From NCBI GenBank assembly GCA_964016885.1, contig CAXHJY010001175.1, positions 1-64,000 of the forward strand: a DNA stretch of 64,000 nt. Reading direction: 5' to 3'. This document shows, piece by piece, positions 42,401 through 58,600 of this stretch. Both the position numbers and the translations under genes were made by a program. The notes under the pieces were generated by a model. That model was not told where the DNA came from and did no database searches. It saw nothing but the letters and a program-made list of their open reading frames with translations. How positions within the stretch are numbered: the stretch's first letter is position 1; each line of letters opens with the position of its first letter. This stretch comes from Eledone cirrhosa (taxonomy: Eukaryota).

Positions 42401-45400
42401 TGAAAAGGTAACTCCGCCGGCAAATCGTCATTTTTGGATTCGTTTTCTTCGAAGCACACCATTCGCCGGCGGACTTTGTTGACGTTTAACACGGTTTGGT
42501 TCCACAGCCACAACTATTGATTTTACGGAGATATCTTGCTGAAATTCACGCCGCACATAGCCAATGAGTGTCTGCACATGTACCAGTAATTACAGATCGA
42601 TCCGACCACGGGCGGCCGGCCCGCGATTGAAAAGGTAACTCCGCCGGCAAATCGTCATTTTTGGATTCGTTTTCTTCGAAGCACACCATTCGCCGGCGGA
42701 CTTTGTTGACGTTTAACACGGTTTGGTTCCACAGCCACAACTATTGAATTCACGGAGATATCTTGCTGAAATTCACGCCACACATAGCCAATGAGTGTCT
42801 GCACATGTACCAGTAATTACAGATCGATCCGAGCACGGGCGGCCGGCCCGCGATTGAAAAGGTAACTCCGCCGGCAAATCGTCATTTTTGGATTCGTTTT
42901 CTTCGAAGCACACCATTCGCCGGCGGACATTGTTGACATTTAACACGGTTTGGTTCCACAGCCACAACTATTGATTTTACGGAGATATCTTGCTGAAATT
43001 CACGCCACACATAGCCAATGAGTGTCTGCACATGTACCAGTAATTACAGATCGATCCGACCACGGGCGGCCGGCCCGCGATTGAAAAGGTAACTCCGCCG
43101 GCAAATCGTCATTTTTGGATTCGTTTTCTTCGAAGCACACCATTCGCCGGCGGACTTTGTTGACGTTTAACACGGTTTGGTTCCACAGCCACAACTATTG
43201 AATTTACGGAGATATCTTGCTGAAATTCACGCCACACATAGCCAATGAGTGTCTGCACATGTACCAGTAATTACAGATCGATCCGACCACGGGCGGCCGG
43301 CCCGCGATTGAAAAGGTAACTCCGCCGGCAAATCGTCATTTTTGGATTCGTTTTCTTCGAAGCACACCATTCGCCGGCGGACTTTGTTGACGTTTAACAC
43401 GGTTTGGTTCCACAGCCACAACTATTGATTTTATGGAGATATCTTGCTGAAATTCACGCCGCACATAGCCAATGAGTGTCTGCACATGTACCAGTAATTA
43501 CAGATCGATCCGACCACGGGCGGCCGGTCCGCGATTGAAAAGGTAACTCCGCCGGCAAATCGTCATTTTTGGATTCGTTTTCTTCGAAGCACACCATTCG
43601 CCGGCGGACTTTGTTGACGTTTAACACGGTTTGGTTCCACAGCCACAACTATTGAATTCACGGAGATATCTTGCTGAAATTCACGCCACACATAGCCAAT
43701 GAGTGTCTGCACATGTACCAGTAATTACAGATCGATCCGACCACGGGCGGCCGGCCCGCGATTGAAAAGGTAACTCCGCCGGCAAATCGTCATTTTTGGA
43801 TTCGTTTTCTTCGAAGCACACCATTCGCCGGCGGACTTTGTTGACGTTTAACACGGTTTGGTTCCACAGCCACAACTATTGATTTTACGGAGATATCTTG
43901 CTGAAATTCACGCCGCACATAGCCAATGAGTGTCTGCACATGTACCAGTAATTACAGATCGATCTGACCACGGGCGGCCGGCCCGCGATTGAAAAGGTAA
44001 CTCCGCCGGCAAATCGTCATTTTTGGATTCGTTTTCTTCGAAGCACACCATTCGCCGGCGGACTTTGTTGACGTTTAACACGGTTTGGTTCCACAGCCAC
44101 AACTATTGATTTTACGGAGATATCTTGCTGAAATTCACGCCGCACATAGCCAATGAGTGTCTGCACATGTACCAGTAATTACAGATCTATCCGACCACGG
44201 GCGGCCGGCCCGCGATTGAAAAGGTAACTCCGCCGGCAAATCGTCATTTTTGGATTCGTTTTCTTCGAAGCACACCATTCGCCGGCGGACTTTGTTGACG
44301 TTTAACACGGTTTGGTTCCACAGCCACAACTATTGATTTTACGGAGATATCTTGCTGAAATTCACGCCGCACATAGCCAATGAGTGTCTGCACATGTACC
44401 AGTAATTACAGATCGATCCGACCACGGGCGGCCGGTCCGCGATTGAAAAGGTAACTCCGCCGGCAAATCGTCATTTTTGGATTCGTTTTCTTCGAAGCAC
44501 ACCATTCGCCGGCGGACTTTGTTGACGTTTAACACGGTTTGGTTCCACAGCCACAACTATTGAATTCACGGAGATATCTTGCTGAAATTCACGCCACACA
44601 TAGCCAATGAGTGTCTGCACATGTACCAGTAATTACAGATCGATCCGACCACGGGCGGCCGGCCCGCGATTGAAAAGGTAACTCCGCCGGCAAATCGTCA
44701 TTTTTGGATTCGTTTTCTTCGAAGCACACCATTCGCCGGCGGACTTTGTTGACGTTTAACACGGTTTGGTTCCACAGCCACAACTATTGATTTTACGGAG
44801 ATATCTTGCTGAAATTCACGCCGCACATAGCCAATGAGTGTCTGCACATGTACCAGTAATTACAGATCGATCCGACCACGGGCGGCCGGCCCGCGATTGA
44901 AAAGGTAACTCCGCCGGCAAATCGTCATTTTTGGATTCGTTTTCTTCGAAGCACACCATTCGCCGGCGGACTTTGTTGACGTTTAACACGGTTTGGTTCC
45001 ACAGCCACAACTATTGATTTTATGGAGATATCTTGCTGAAATTCACGCCGCACATAGCCAATGAGTGTCTGCACATGTACCAGTAATTACAGATCGATCC
45101 GACCACGGGCGGTCGGTCCGCGATTGAAAAGGTAACTCCGCCGGCAAATCGTCATTTTTGGATTCGTTTTCTTCGAAGCACACCATTCGCCGGCGGACTT
45201 TGTTGACGTTTAACACGGTTTGGTTCCACAGCCACAACTATTGAATTCACGGAGATATCTTGCTGAAATTCACGCCACACATAGCCAATGAGTGTCTGCA
45301 CATGTACCAGTAATTACAGATCGATCCGACCACGGGCGGCCGGCCCGCGATTGAAAAGGTAACTCCGCCGGCAAATCGTCATTTTTGGATTCGTTTTCTT

Positions 45401-48400
45401 CGAAGCACACCATTCGCCGGCGGACTTTGTTGACGTTTAACACGGTTTGGTTCCACAGCCACAACTATTGATTTTACGGAGATATCTTGCTGAAATTCAC
45501 GCCGCACATAGCCAATGAGTGTCTGCACATGTACCAGTAATTACAGATCGATCTGACCACGGGCGGCCGGCCCGCGATTGAAAAGGTAACTCCGCCGGCA
45601 AATCGTCATTTTTGGATTCGTTTTCTTCGAAGCACACCATTCGCCGGCGGACTTTGTTGACGTTTAACACGGTTTGGTTCCACAGCCACAACTATTGATT
45701 TTACGGAGATATCTTGCTGAAATTCACGCCGCACATAGCCAATGAGTGTCTGCACATGTACCAGTAATTACAGATCTATCCGACCACGGGCGGCCGGCCC
45801 GCGATTGAAAAGGTAACTCCGCCGGCAAATCGTCATTTTTGGATTCGTTTTCTTCGAAGCACACCATTCGCCGGCGGACTTTGTTGACGTTTAACACGGT
45901 TTGGTTCCACAGCCACAACTATTGATTTTACGGAGATATCTTGCTGAAATTCACGCCGCACATAGCCAATGAGTGTCTGCACATGTACCAGTAATTACAG
46001 ATCGATCCGACCACGGGCGGCCGGTCCGCGATTGAAAAGGTAACTCCGCCGGCAAATCGTCATTTTTGGATTCGTTTTCTTCGAAGCACACCATTCGCCG
46101 GCGGACTTTGTTGACGTTTAACACGGTTTGGTTCCACAGCCACAACTATTGAATTCACGGAGATATCTTGCTGAAATTCACGCCACACATAGCCAATGAG
46201 TGTCTGCACATGTACCAGCAATTACAGATCGATCCGACCACGGGCGGCCGGCCCGCGATTGAAAAGGTAACTCCGCCGGCAAATCGTCATTTTTGGATTC
46301 GTTTTCTTCGAAGCACACCATTCGCCGGCGGACTTTGTTGACGTTTAACACGGTTTGGTTCCACAGCCACAACTATTGATTTTACGGAGATATCTTGCTG
46401 AAATTCACGCCGCACATAGCCAATGAGTGTCTGCACATGTACCAGTAATTACAGATCGATCCGACCACGGGCGGCCGGCCCGCGATTGAAAAGGTAACTC
46501 CGCCGGCAAATCGTCATTTTTGGATTCGTTTTCTTCGAAGCACACCATTCGCCGGCGGACTTTGTTGACGTTTAACACGGTTTGGTTCCACAGCCACAAC
46601 TATTGATTTTACGGAGATATCTTGCTGAAATTCACGCCGCACATAGCCAATGGGTGTCTGCACATGTACCAGTAATTACAGATCGATCCGACCACGGGCG
46701 GCCGGCCCGCGATTGAAAAGGTAACTCCGCCGGCAAATCGTCATTTTTGGATTCGTTTTCTTCGAAGCACACCATTCGCCGGCGGACTTTGTTGACGTTT
46801 AACACGGTTTGGTTCCACAGCCACAACTATTGATTTTATGGAGATATCTTGCTGAAATTCACGCCGCACATAGCCAATGAGTGTCTGCACATGTACCAGT
46901 AATTACAGATCGATCCGACCACGGGCGGCCGGTCCGCGATTGAAAAGGTAACTCCGCCGGCAAATCGTCATTTTTGGATTCGTTTTCTTCGAAGCACACC
47001 ATTCGCCGGCGGACTTTGTTGACGTTTAACACGGTTTGGTTCCACAGCCACAACTATTGAATTCACGGAGATATCTTGCTGAAATTCACGCCACACATAG
47101 CCAATGAGTGTCTGCACATGTACCAGTAATTACAGATCGATCCGACCACGGGCGGCCGGCCCGCGATTGAAAAGGTAACTCCGCCGGCAAATCGTCATTT
47201 TTGGATTCGTTTTCTTCGAAGCACACCATTCGCCGGCGGACTTTGTTGACGTTTAACACGGTTTGGTTCCACAGCCACAACTATTGATTTTACGGAGATA
47301 TCTTGCTGAAATTCACGCCGCACATAGCCAATGAGTGTCTGCACATGTACCAGTAATTACAGATCGATCTGACCACGGGCGGCCGGCCCGCGATTGAAAA
47401 GGTAACTCCGCCGGCAAATCGTCATTTTTGGATTCGTTTTCTTCGAAGCACACCATTCGCCGGCGGACTTTGTTGACGTTTAACACGGTTTGGTTCCACA
47501 GCCACAACTATTGATTTTACGGAGATATCTTGCTGAAATTCACGCCGCACATAGCCAATGAGTGTCTGCACATGTACCAGTAATTACAGATCTATCCGAC
47601 CACGGGCGGCCGGCCCGCGATTGAAAAGGTAACTCCGCCGGCAAATCGTCATTTTTGGATTCGTTTTCTTCGAAGCACACCATTCGCCGGCGGACTTTGT
47701 TGACGTTTAACACGGTTTGGTTCCACAGCCACAACTATTGAATTCACGGAGATATCTTGCTGAAATTCACGCCACACATAGCCAATGAGTGTCTGCACAT
47801 GTACCAGTAATTACAGATCGATCCGAGCACGGGCGGCCGGCCCGCGATTGAAAAGGTAACTCCGCCGGCAAATCGTCATTTTTGGATTCGTTTTCTTCGA
47901 AGCACACCATTCGCCGGCGGACATTGTTGACGTTTAACACGGTTTGGTTCCACAGCCACAACTATTGATTTTACGGAGATATCTTGCTGAAATTCACGCC
48001 ACACATAGCCAATGAGTGTCTGCACATGTACCAGTAATTACAGATCGATCCGACCACGGGCGGCCGGCCCGCGATTGAAAAGGTAACTCCGCCGGCAAAT
48101 CGTCATTTTTGGATTCGTTTTCTTCGAAGCACACCATTCGCCGGCGGACTTTGTTGACGTTTAACACGGTTTGGTTCCACAGCCACAACTATTGAATTTA
48201 CGGAGATATCTTGCTGAAATTCACGCCACACATAGCCAATGAGTGTCTGCACATGTACCAGTAATTACAGATCGATCCGACCACGGGCGGCCGGCCCGCG
48301 ATTGAAAAGGTAACTCCGCCGGCAAATCGTCATTTTTGGATTCGTTTTCTTCGAAGCACACCATTCGCCGGCGGACTTTGTTGACGTTTAACACGGTTTG

Positions 48401-51400
48401 GTTCCACAGCCACAACTATTGATTTTATGGAGATATCTTGCTGAAATTCACGCCGCACATAGCCAATGAGTGTCTGCACATGTACCAGTAATTACAGATC
48501 GATCCGACCACGGGCGGCCGGTCCGCGATTGAAAAGGTAACTCCGCCGGCAAATCGTCATTTTTGGATTCGTTTTCTTCGAAGCACACCATTCGCCGGCG
48601 GACTTTGTTGACGTTTAACACGGTTTGGTTCCACAGCCACAACTATTGAATTCACGGAGATATCTTGCTGAAATTCACGCCACACATAGCCAATGAGTGT
48701 CTGCACATGTACCAGTAATTACAGATCGATCCGACCACGGGCGGCCGGCCCGCGATTGAAAAGGTAACTCCGCCGGCAAATCGTCATTTTTGGATTCGTT
48801 TTCTTCGAAGCACACCATTCGCCGGCGGACTTTGTTGACGTTTAACACGGTTTGGTTCCACAGCCACAACTATTGATTTTACGGAGATATCTTGCTGAAA
48901 TTCACGCCGCACATAGCCAATGAGTGTCTGCACATGTACCAGTAATTACAGATCGATCTGACCACGGGCGGCCGGCCCGCGATTGAAAAGGTAACTCCGC
49001 CGGCAAATCGTCATTTTTGGATTCGTTTTCTTCGAAGCACACCATTCGCCGGCGGACTTTGTTGACGTTTAACACGGTTTGGTTCCACAGCCACAACTAT
49101 TGATTTTACGGAGATATCTTGCTGAAATTCACGCCGCACATAGCCAATGAGTGTCTGCACATGTACCAGTAATTACAGATCTATCCGACCACGGGCGGCC
49201 GGCCCGCGATTGAAAAGGTAACTCCGCCGGCAAATCGTCATTTTTGGATTCGTTTTCTTCGAAGCACACCATTCGCCGGCGGACTTTGTTGACGTTTAAC
49301 ACGGTTTGGTTCCACAGCCACAACTATTGATTTTACGGAGATATCTTGCTGAAATTCACGCCGCACATAGCCAATGAGTGTCTGCACATGTACCAGTAAT
49401 TACAGATCGATCCGACCACGGGCGGCCGGTCCGCGATTGAAAAGGTAACTCCGCCGGCAAATCGTCATTTTTGGATTCGTTTTCTTCGAAGCACACCATT
49501 CGCCGGCGGACTTTGTTGACGTTTAACACGGTTTGGTTCCACAGCCACAACTATTGAATTCACGGAGATATCTTGCTGAAATTCACGCCACACATAGCCA
49601 ATGAGTGTCTGCACATGTACCAGTAATTACAGATCGATCCGACCACGGGCGGCCGGCCCGCGATTGAAAAGGTAACTCCGCCGGCAAATCGTCATTTTTG
49701 GATTCGTTTTCTTCGAAGCACACCATTCGCCGGCGGACTTTGTTGACGTTTAACACGGTTTGGTTCCACAGCCACAACTATTGATTTTACGGAGATATCT
49801 TGCTGAAATTCACGCCGCACATAGCCAATGAGTGTCTGCACATGTACCAGTAATTACAGATCGATCCGACCACGGGCGGCCGGCCCGCGATTGAAAAGGT
49901 AACTCCGCCGGCAAATCGTCATTTTTGGATTCGTTTTCTTCGAAGCACACCATTCGCCGGCGGACTTTGTTGACGTTTAACACGGTTTGGTTCCACAGCC
50001 ACAACTATTGATTTTATGGAGATATCTTGCTGAAATTCACGCCGCACATAGCCAATGAGTGTCTGCACATGTACCAGTAATTACAGATCGATCCGACCAC
50101 GGGCGGTCGGTCCGCGATTGAAAAGGTAACTCCGCCGGCAAATCGTCATTTTTGGATTCGTTTTCTTCGAAGCACACCATTCGCCGGCGGACTTTGTTGA
50201 CGTTTAACACGGTTTGGTTCCACAGCCACAACTATTGAATTCACGGAGATATCTTGCTGAAATTCACGCCACACATAGCCAATGAGTGTCTGCACATGTA
50301 CCAGTAATTACAGATCGATCCGACCACGGGCGGCCGGCCCGCGATTGAAAAGGTAACTCCGCCGGCAAATCGTCATTTTTGGATTCGTTTTCTTCGAAGC
50401 ACACCATTCGCCGGCGGACTTTGTTGACGTTTAACACGGTTTGGTTCCACAGCCACAACTATTGATTTTACGGAGATATCTTGCTGAAATTCACGCCGCA
50501 CATAGCCAATGAGTGTCTGCACATGTACCAGTAATTACAGATCGATCTGACCACGGGCGGCCGGCCCGCGATTGAAAAGGTAACTCCGCCGGCAAATCGT
50601 CATTTTTGGATTCGTTTTCTTCGAAGCACACCATTCGCCGGCGGACTTTGTTGACGTTTAACACGGTTTGGTTCCACAGCCACAACTATTGATTTTACGG
50701 AGATATCTTGCTGAAATTCACGCCGCACATAGCCAATGAGTGTCTGCACATGTACCAGTAATTACAGATCTATCCGACCACGGGCGGCCGGCCCGCGATT
50801 GAAAAGGTAACTCCGCCGGCAAATCGTCATTTTTGGATTCGTTTTCTTCGAAGCACACCATTCGCCGGCGGACTTTGTTGACGTTTAACACGGTTTGGTT
50901 CCACAGCCACAACTATTGATTTTACGGAGATATCTTGCTGAAATTCACGCCGCACATAGCCAATGAGTGTCTGCACATGTACCAGTAATTACAGATCGAT
51001 CCGACCACGGGCGGCCGGTCCGCGATTGAAAAGGTAACTCCGCCGGCAAATCGTCATTTTTGGATTCGTTTTCTTCGAAGCACACCATTCGCCGGCGGAC
51101 TTTGTTGACGTTTAACACGGTTTGGTTCCACAGCCACAACTATTGAATTCACGGAGATATCTTGCTGAAATTCACGCCACACATAGCCAATGAGTGTCTG
51201 CACATGTACCAGCAATTACAGATCGATCCGACCACGGGCGGCCGGCCCGCGATTGAAAAGGTAACTCCGCCGGCAAATCGTCATTTTTGGATTCGTTTTC
51301 TTCGAAGCACACCATTCGCCGGCGGACTTTGTTGACGTTTAACACGGTTTGGTTCCACAGCCACAACTATTGATTTTACGGAGATATCTTGCTGAAATTC

Positions 51401-52664
51401 ACGCCGCACATAGCCAATGAGTGTCTGCACATGTACCAGTAATTACAGATCGATCCGACCACGGGCGGCCGGCCCGCGATTGAAAAGGTAACTCCGCCGG
51501 CAAATCGTCATTTTTGGATTCGTTTTCTTCGAAGCACACCATTCGCCGGCGGACTTTGTTGACGTTTAACACGGTTTGGTTCCACAGCCACAACTATTGA
51601 TTTTACGGAGATATCTTGCTGAAATTCACGCCGCACATAGCCAATGGGTGTCTGCACATGTACCAGTAATTACAGATCGATCCGACCACGGGCGGCCGGC
51701 CCGCGATTGAAAAGGTAACTCCGCCGGCAAATCGTCATTTTTGGATTCGTTTTCTTCGAAGCACACCATTCGCCGGCGGACTTTGTTGACGTTTAACACG
51801 GTTTGGTTCCACAGCCACAACTATTGATTTTATGGAGATATCTTGCTGAAATTCACGCCGCACATAGCCAATGAGTGTCTGCACATGTACCAGTAATTAC
51901 AGATCGATCCGACCACGGGCGGCCGGTCCGCGATTGAAAAGGTAACTCCGCCGGCAAATCGTCATTTTTGGATTCGTTTTCTTCGAAGCACACCATTCGC
52001 CGGCGGACTTTGTTGACGTTTAACACGGTTTGGTTCCACAGCCACAACTATTGAATTCACGGAGATATCTTGCTGAAATTCACGCCACACATAGCCAATG
52101 AGTGTCTGCACATGTACCAGTAATTACAGATCGATCCGACCACGGGCGGCCGGCCCGCGATTGAAAAGGTAACTCCGCCGGCAAATCGTCATTTTTGGAT
52201 TCGTTTTCTTCGAAGCACACCATTCGCCGGCGGACTTTGTTGACGTTTAACACGGTTTGGTTCCACAGCCACAACTATTGATTTTACGGAGATATCTTGC
52301 TGAAATTCACGCCGCACATAGCCAATGAGTGTCTGCACATGTACCAGTAATTACAGATCGATCTGACCACGGGCGGCCGGCCCGCGATTGAAAAGGTAAC
52401 TCCGCCGGCAAATCGTCATTTTTGGATTCGTTTTCTTCGAAGCACACCATTCGCCGGCGGACTTTGTTGACGTTTAACACGGTTTGGTTCCACAGCCACA
52501 ACTATTGATTTTACGGAGATATCTTGCTGAAATTCACGCCGCACATAGCCAATGAGTGTCTGCACATGTACCAGTAATTACAGATCTATCCGACCACGGG
52601 CGGCCGGCCCGCGATTGAAAAGGTAACTCCGCCGGCAAATCGTCATTTTTGGATTCGTTTTCTT
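30419..52664. repeat. 22-monomer (4994 bp) higher-order repeat at 30419-35412, 42677-47670 and 47671-52664, with 20- and 12-monomer derivatives in between
   Basis: Each unit starts with the p157G monomer (copies 135, 189, 211; derivatives 157, 177). It carries p171T at +3,+7,+14,+18, p167T+p171T at +10, p138C at +15 and p118G at +17. Confidence 0.85.
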
Positions 52665-55600
52665 CGAAGCACACCATTCGCCGGCGGACTTTGTTGACGT
52701 TTAACACGGTTTGGTTCCACAGCCACAACTATTGATTTTACGGAGATATCTTGCTGAAATTCACGCCGCACATAGCCAATGAGTGTCTGCACATGTACCA
52801 GTAATTACAGATCGATCCGACCACGGGCGGCCGGTCCGCGATTGAAAAGGTAACTCCGCCGGCAAATCGTCATTTTTGGATTCGTTTTCTTCGAAGCACA
52901 CCATTCGCCGGCGGACTTTGTTGACGTTTAACACGGTTTGGTTCCACAGCCACAACTATTGAATTCACGGAGATATCTTGCTGAAATTCACGCCACACAT
53001 AGCCAATGAGTGTCTGCACATGTACCAGTAATTACAGATCGATCCGACCACGGGCGGCCGGCCCGCGATTGAAAAGGTAACTCCGCCGGCAAATCGTCAT
53101 TTTTGGATTCGTTTTCTTCGAAGCACACCATTCGCCGGCGGACTTTGTTGACGTTTAACACGGTTTGGTTCCACAGCCACAACTATTGATTTTACGGAGA
53201 TATCTTGCTGAAATTCACGCCGCACATAGCCAATGAGTGTCTGCACATGTACCAGTAATTACAGATCGATCCGACCACGGGCGGCCGGCCCGCGATTGAA
53301 AAGGTAACTCCGCCGGCAAATCGTCATTTTTGGATTCGTTTTCTTCGAAGCACACCATTCGCCGGCGGACTTTGTTGACGTTTAACACGGTTTGGTTCCA
53401 CAGCCACAACTATTGATTTTATGGAGATATCTTGCTGAAATTCACGCCGCACATAGCCAATGAGTGTCTGCACATGTACCAGTAATTACAGATCGATCCG
53501 ACCACGGGCGGTCGGTCCGCGATTGAAAAGGTAACTCCGCCGGCAAATCGTCATTTTTGGATTCGTTTTCTTCGAAGCACACCATTCGCCGGCGGACTTT
53601 GTTGACGTTTAACACGGTTTGGTTCCACAGCCACAACTATTGAATTCACGGAGATATCTTGCTGAAATTCACGCCACACATAGCCAATGAGTGTCTGCAC
53701 ATGTACCAGTAATTACAGATCGATCCGACCACGGGCGGTCGGTCCGCGATTGAAAAGGTAACTCCGCCGGCAAATCGTCATTTTTGGATTCGTTTTCTTC
53801 GAAGCACACCATTCGCCGGCGGACTTTGTTGACGTTTAACACGGTTTGGTTCCACAGCCACAACTATTGAATTCACGGAGATATCTTGCTGAAATTCACG
53901 CCACACATAGCCAATGAGTGTCTGCACATGTACCAGTAATTACAGATCGATCCGACCACGGGCGGCCGGCCCGCGATTGAAAAGGTAACTCCGCCGGCAA
54001 ATCGTCATTTTTGGATTCGTTTTCTTCGAAGCACACCATTCGCCGGCGGACTTTGTTGACGTTTAACACGGTTTGGTTCCACAGCCACAACTATTGATTT
54101 TACGGAGATATCTTGCTGAAATTCACGCCGCACATAGCCAATGAGTGTCTGCACATGTACCAGTAATTACAGATCGATCTGACCACGGGCGGCCGGCCCG
54201 CGATTGAAAAGGTAACTCCGCCGGCAAATCGTCATTTTTGGATTCGTTTTCTTCGAAGCACACCATTCGCCGGCGGACTTTGTTGACGTTTAACACGGTT
54301 TGGTTCCACAGCCACAACTATTGATTTTACGGAGATATCTTGCTGAAATTCACGCCGCACATAGCCAATGAGTGTCTGCACATGTACCAGTAATTACAGA
54401 TCTATCCGACCACGGGCGGCCGGCCCGCGATTGAAAAGGTAACTCCGCCGGCAAATCGTCATTTTTGGATTCGTTTTCTTCGAAGCACACCATTCGCCGG
54501 CGGACTTTGTTGACGTTTAACACGGTTTGGTTCCACAGCCACAACTATTGATTTTACGGAGATATCTTGCTGAAATTCACGCCGCACATAGCCAATGAGT
54601 GTCTGCACATGTACCAGTAATTACAGATCGATCCGACCACGGGCGGCCGGTCCGCGATTGAAAAGGTAACTCCGCCGGCAAATCGTCATTTTTGGATTCG
54701 TTTTCTTCGAAGCACACCATTCGCCGGCGGACTTTGTTGACGTTTAACACGGTTTGGTTCCACAGCCACAACTATTGAATTCACGGAGATATCTTGCTGA
54801 AATTCACGCCACACATAGCCAATGAGTGTCTGCACATGTACCAGCAATTACAGATCGATCCGACCACGGGCGGCCGGCCCGCGATTGAAAAGGTAACTCC
54901 GCCGGCAAATCGTCATTTTTGGATTCGTTTTCTTCGAAGCACACCATTCGCCGGCGGACTTTGTTGACGTTTAACACGGTTTGGTTCCACAGCCACAACT
55001 ATTGATTTTACGGAGATATCTTGCTGAAATTCACGCCGCACATAGCCAATGAGTGTCTGCACATGTACCAGTAATTACAGATCGATCCGACCACGGGCGG
55101 CCGGCCCGCGATTGAAAAGGTAACTCCGCCGGCAAATCGTCATTTTTGGATTCGTTTTCTTCGAAGCACACCATTCGCCGGCGGACTTTGTTGACGTTTA
55201 ACACGGTTTGGTTCCACAGCCACAACTATTGATTTTACGGAGATATCTTGCTGAAATTCACGCCGCACATAGCCAATGGGTGTCTGCACATGTACCAGTA
55301 ATTACAGATCGATCCGACCACGGGCGGCCGGCCCGCGATTGAAAAGGTAACTCCGCCGGCAAATCGTCATTTTTGGATTCGTTTTCTTCGAAGCACACCA
55401 TTCGCCGGCGGACTTTGTTGACGTTTAACACGGTTTGGTTCCACAGCCACAACTATTGATTTTATGGAGATATCTTGCTGAAATTCACGCCGCACATAGC
55501 CAATGAGTGTCTGCACATGTACCAGTAATTACAGATCGATCCGACCACGGGCGGCCGGTCCGCGATTGAAAAGGTAACTCCGCCGGCAAATCGTCATTTT

Positions 55601-58600
55601 TGGATTCGTTTTCTTCGAAGCACACCATTCGCCGGCGGACTTTGTTGACGTTTAACACGGTTTGGTTCCACAGCCACAACTATTGAATTCACGGAGATAT
55701 CTTGCTGAAATTCACGCCACACATAGCCAATGAGTGTCTGCACATGTACCAGTAATTACAGATCGATCCGACCACGGGCGGCCGGCCCGCGATTGAAAAG
55801 GTAACTCCGCCGGCAAATCGTCATTTTTGGATTCGTTTTCTTCGAAGCACACCATTCGCCGGCGGACTTTGTTGACGTTTAACACGGTTTGGTTCCACAG
55901 CCACAACTATTGATTTTACGGAGATATCTTGCTGAAATTCACGCCGCACATAGCCAATGAGTGTCTGCACATGTACCAGTAATTACAGATCGATCTGACC
56001 ACGGGCGGCCGGCCCGCGATTGAAAAGGTAACTCCGCCGGCAAATCGTCATTTTTGGATTCGTTTTCTTCGAAGCACACCATTCGCCGGCGGACTTTGTT
56101 GACGTTTAACACGGTTTGGTTCCACAGCCACAACTATTGATTTTACGGAGATATCTTGCTGAAATTCACGCCGCACATAGCCAATGAGTGTCTGCACATG
56201 TACCAGTAATTACAGATCTATCCGACCACGGGCGGCCGGCCCGCGATTGAAAAGGTAACTCCGCCGGCAAATCGTCATTTTTGGATTCGTTTTCTTCGAA
56301 GCACACCATTCGCCGGCGGACTTTGTTGACGTTTAACACGGTTTGGTTCCACAGCCACAACTATTGATTTTACGGAGATATCTTGCTGAAATTCACGCCG
56401 CACATAGCCAATGAGTGTCTGCACATGTACCAGTAATTACAGATCGATCCGACCACGGGCGGCCGGCCCGCGATTGAAAAGGTAACTCCGCCGGCAAATC
56501 GTCATTTTTGGATTCGTTTTCTTCGAAGCACACCATTCGCCGGCGGACTTTGTTGACGTTTAACACGGTTTGGTTCCACAGCCACAACTATTGATTTTAT
56601 GGAGATATCTTGCTGAAATTCACGCCGCACATAGCCAATGAGTGTCTGCACATGTACCAGTAATTACAGATCGATCCGACCACGGGCGGTCGGTCCGCGA
56701 TTGAAAAGGTAACTCCGCCGGCAAATCGTCATTTTTGGATTCGTTTTCTTCGAAGCACACCATTCGCCGGCGGACTTTGTTGACGTTTAACACGGTTTGG
56801 TTCCACAGCCACAACTATTGAATTCACGGAGATATCTTGCTGAAATTCACGCCACACATAGCCAATGAGTGTCTGCACATGTACCAGTAATTACAGATCG
56901 ATCCGACCACGGGCGGCCGGCCCGCGATTGAAAAGGTAACTCCGCCGGCAAATCGTCATTTTTGGATTCGTTTTCTTCGAAGCACACCATTCGCCGGCGG
57001 ACTTTGTTGACGTTTAACACGGTTTGGTTCCACAGCCACAACTATTGATTTTACGGAGATATCTTGCTGAAATTCACGCCGCACATAGCCAATGAGTGTC
57101 TGCACATGTACCAGTAATTACAGATCGATCTGACCACGGGCGGCCGGCCCGCGATTGAAAAGGTAACTCCGCCGGCAAATCGTCATTTTTGGATTCGTTT
57201 TCTTCGAAGCACACCATTCGCCGGCGGACTTTGTTGACGTTTAACACGGTTTGGTTCCACAGCCACAACTATTGATTTTACGGAGATATCTTGCTGAAAT
57301 TCACGCCGCACATAGCCAATGAGTGTCTGCACATGTACCAGTAATTACAGATCTATCCGACCACGGGCGGCCGGCCCGCGATTGAAAAGGTAACTCCGCC
57401 GGCAAATCGTCATTTTTGGATTCGTTTTCTTCGAAGCACACCATTCGCCGGCGGACTTTGTTGACGTTTAACACGGTTTGGTTCCACAGCCACAACTATT
57501 GATTTTACGGAGATATCTTGCTGAAATTCACGCCGCACATAGCCAATGAGTGTCTGCACATGTACCAGTAATTACAGATCGATCCGACCACGGGCGGCCG
57601 GTCCGCGATTGAAAAGGTAACTCCGCCGGCAAATCGTCATTTTTGGATTCGTTTTCTTCGAAGCACACCATTCGCCGGCGGACTTTGTTGACGTTTAACA
57701 CGGTTTGGTTCCACAGCCACAACTATTGAATTCACGGAGATATCTTGCTGAAATTCACGCCACACATAGCCAATGAGTGTCTGCACATGTACCAGCAATT
57801 ACAGATCGATCCGACCACGGGCGGCCGGCCCGCGATTGAAAAGGTAACTCCGCCGGCAAATCGTCATTTTTGGATTCGTTTTCTTCGAAGCACACCATTC
57901 GCCGGCGGACTTTGTTGACGTTTAACACGGTTTGGTTCCACAGCCACAACTATTGATTTTACGGAGATATCTTGCTGAAATTCACGCCGCACATAGCCAA
58001 TGAGTGTCTGCACATGTACCAGTAATTACAGATCGATCCGACCACGGGCGGCCGGCCCGCGATTGAAAAGGTAACTCCGCCGGCAAATCGTCATTTTTGG
58101 ATTCGTTTTCTTCGAAGCACACCATTCGCCGGCGGACTTTGTTGACGTTTAACACGGTTTGGTTCCACAGCCACAACTATTGATTTTACGGAGATATCTT
58201 GCTGAAATTCACGCCGCACATAGCCAATGGGTGTCTGCACATGTACCAGTAATTACAGATCGATCCGACCACGGGCGGCCGGCCCGCGATTGAAAAGGTA
58301 ACTCCGCCGGCAAATCGTCATTTTTGGATTCGTTTTCTTCGAAGCACACCATTCGCCGGCGGACTTTGTTGACGTTTAACACGGTTTGGTTCCACAGCCA
58401 CAACTATTGATTTTATGGAGATATCTTGCTGAAATTCACGCCGCACATAGCCAATGAGTGTCTGCACATGTACCAGTAATTACAGATCGATCCGACCACG
58501 GGCGGCCGGTCCGCGATTGAAAAGGTAACTCCGCCGGCAAATCGTCATTTTTGGATTCGTTTTCTTCGAAGCACACCATTCGCCGGCGGACTTTGTTGAC

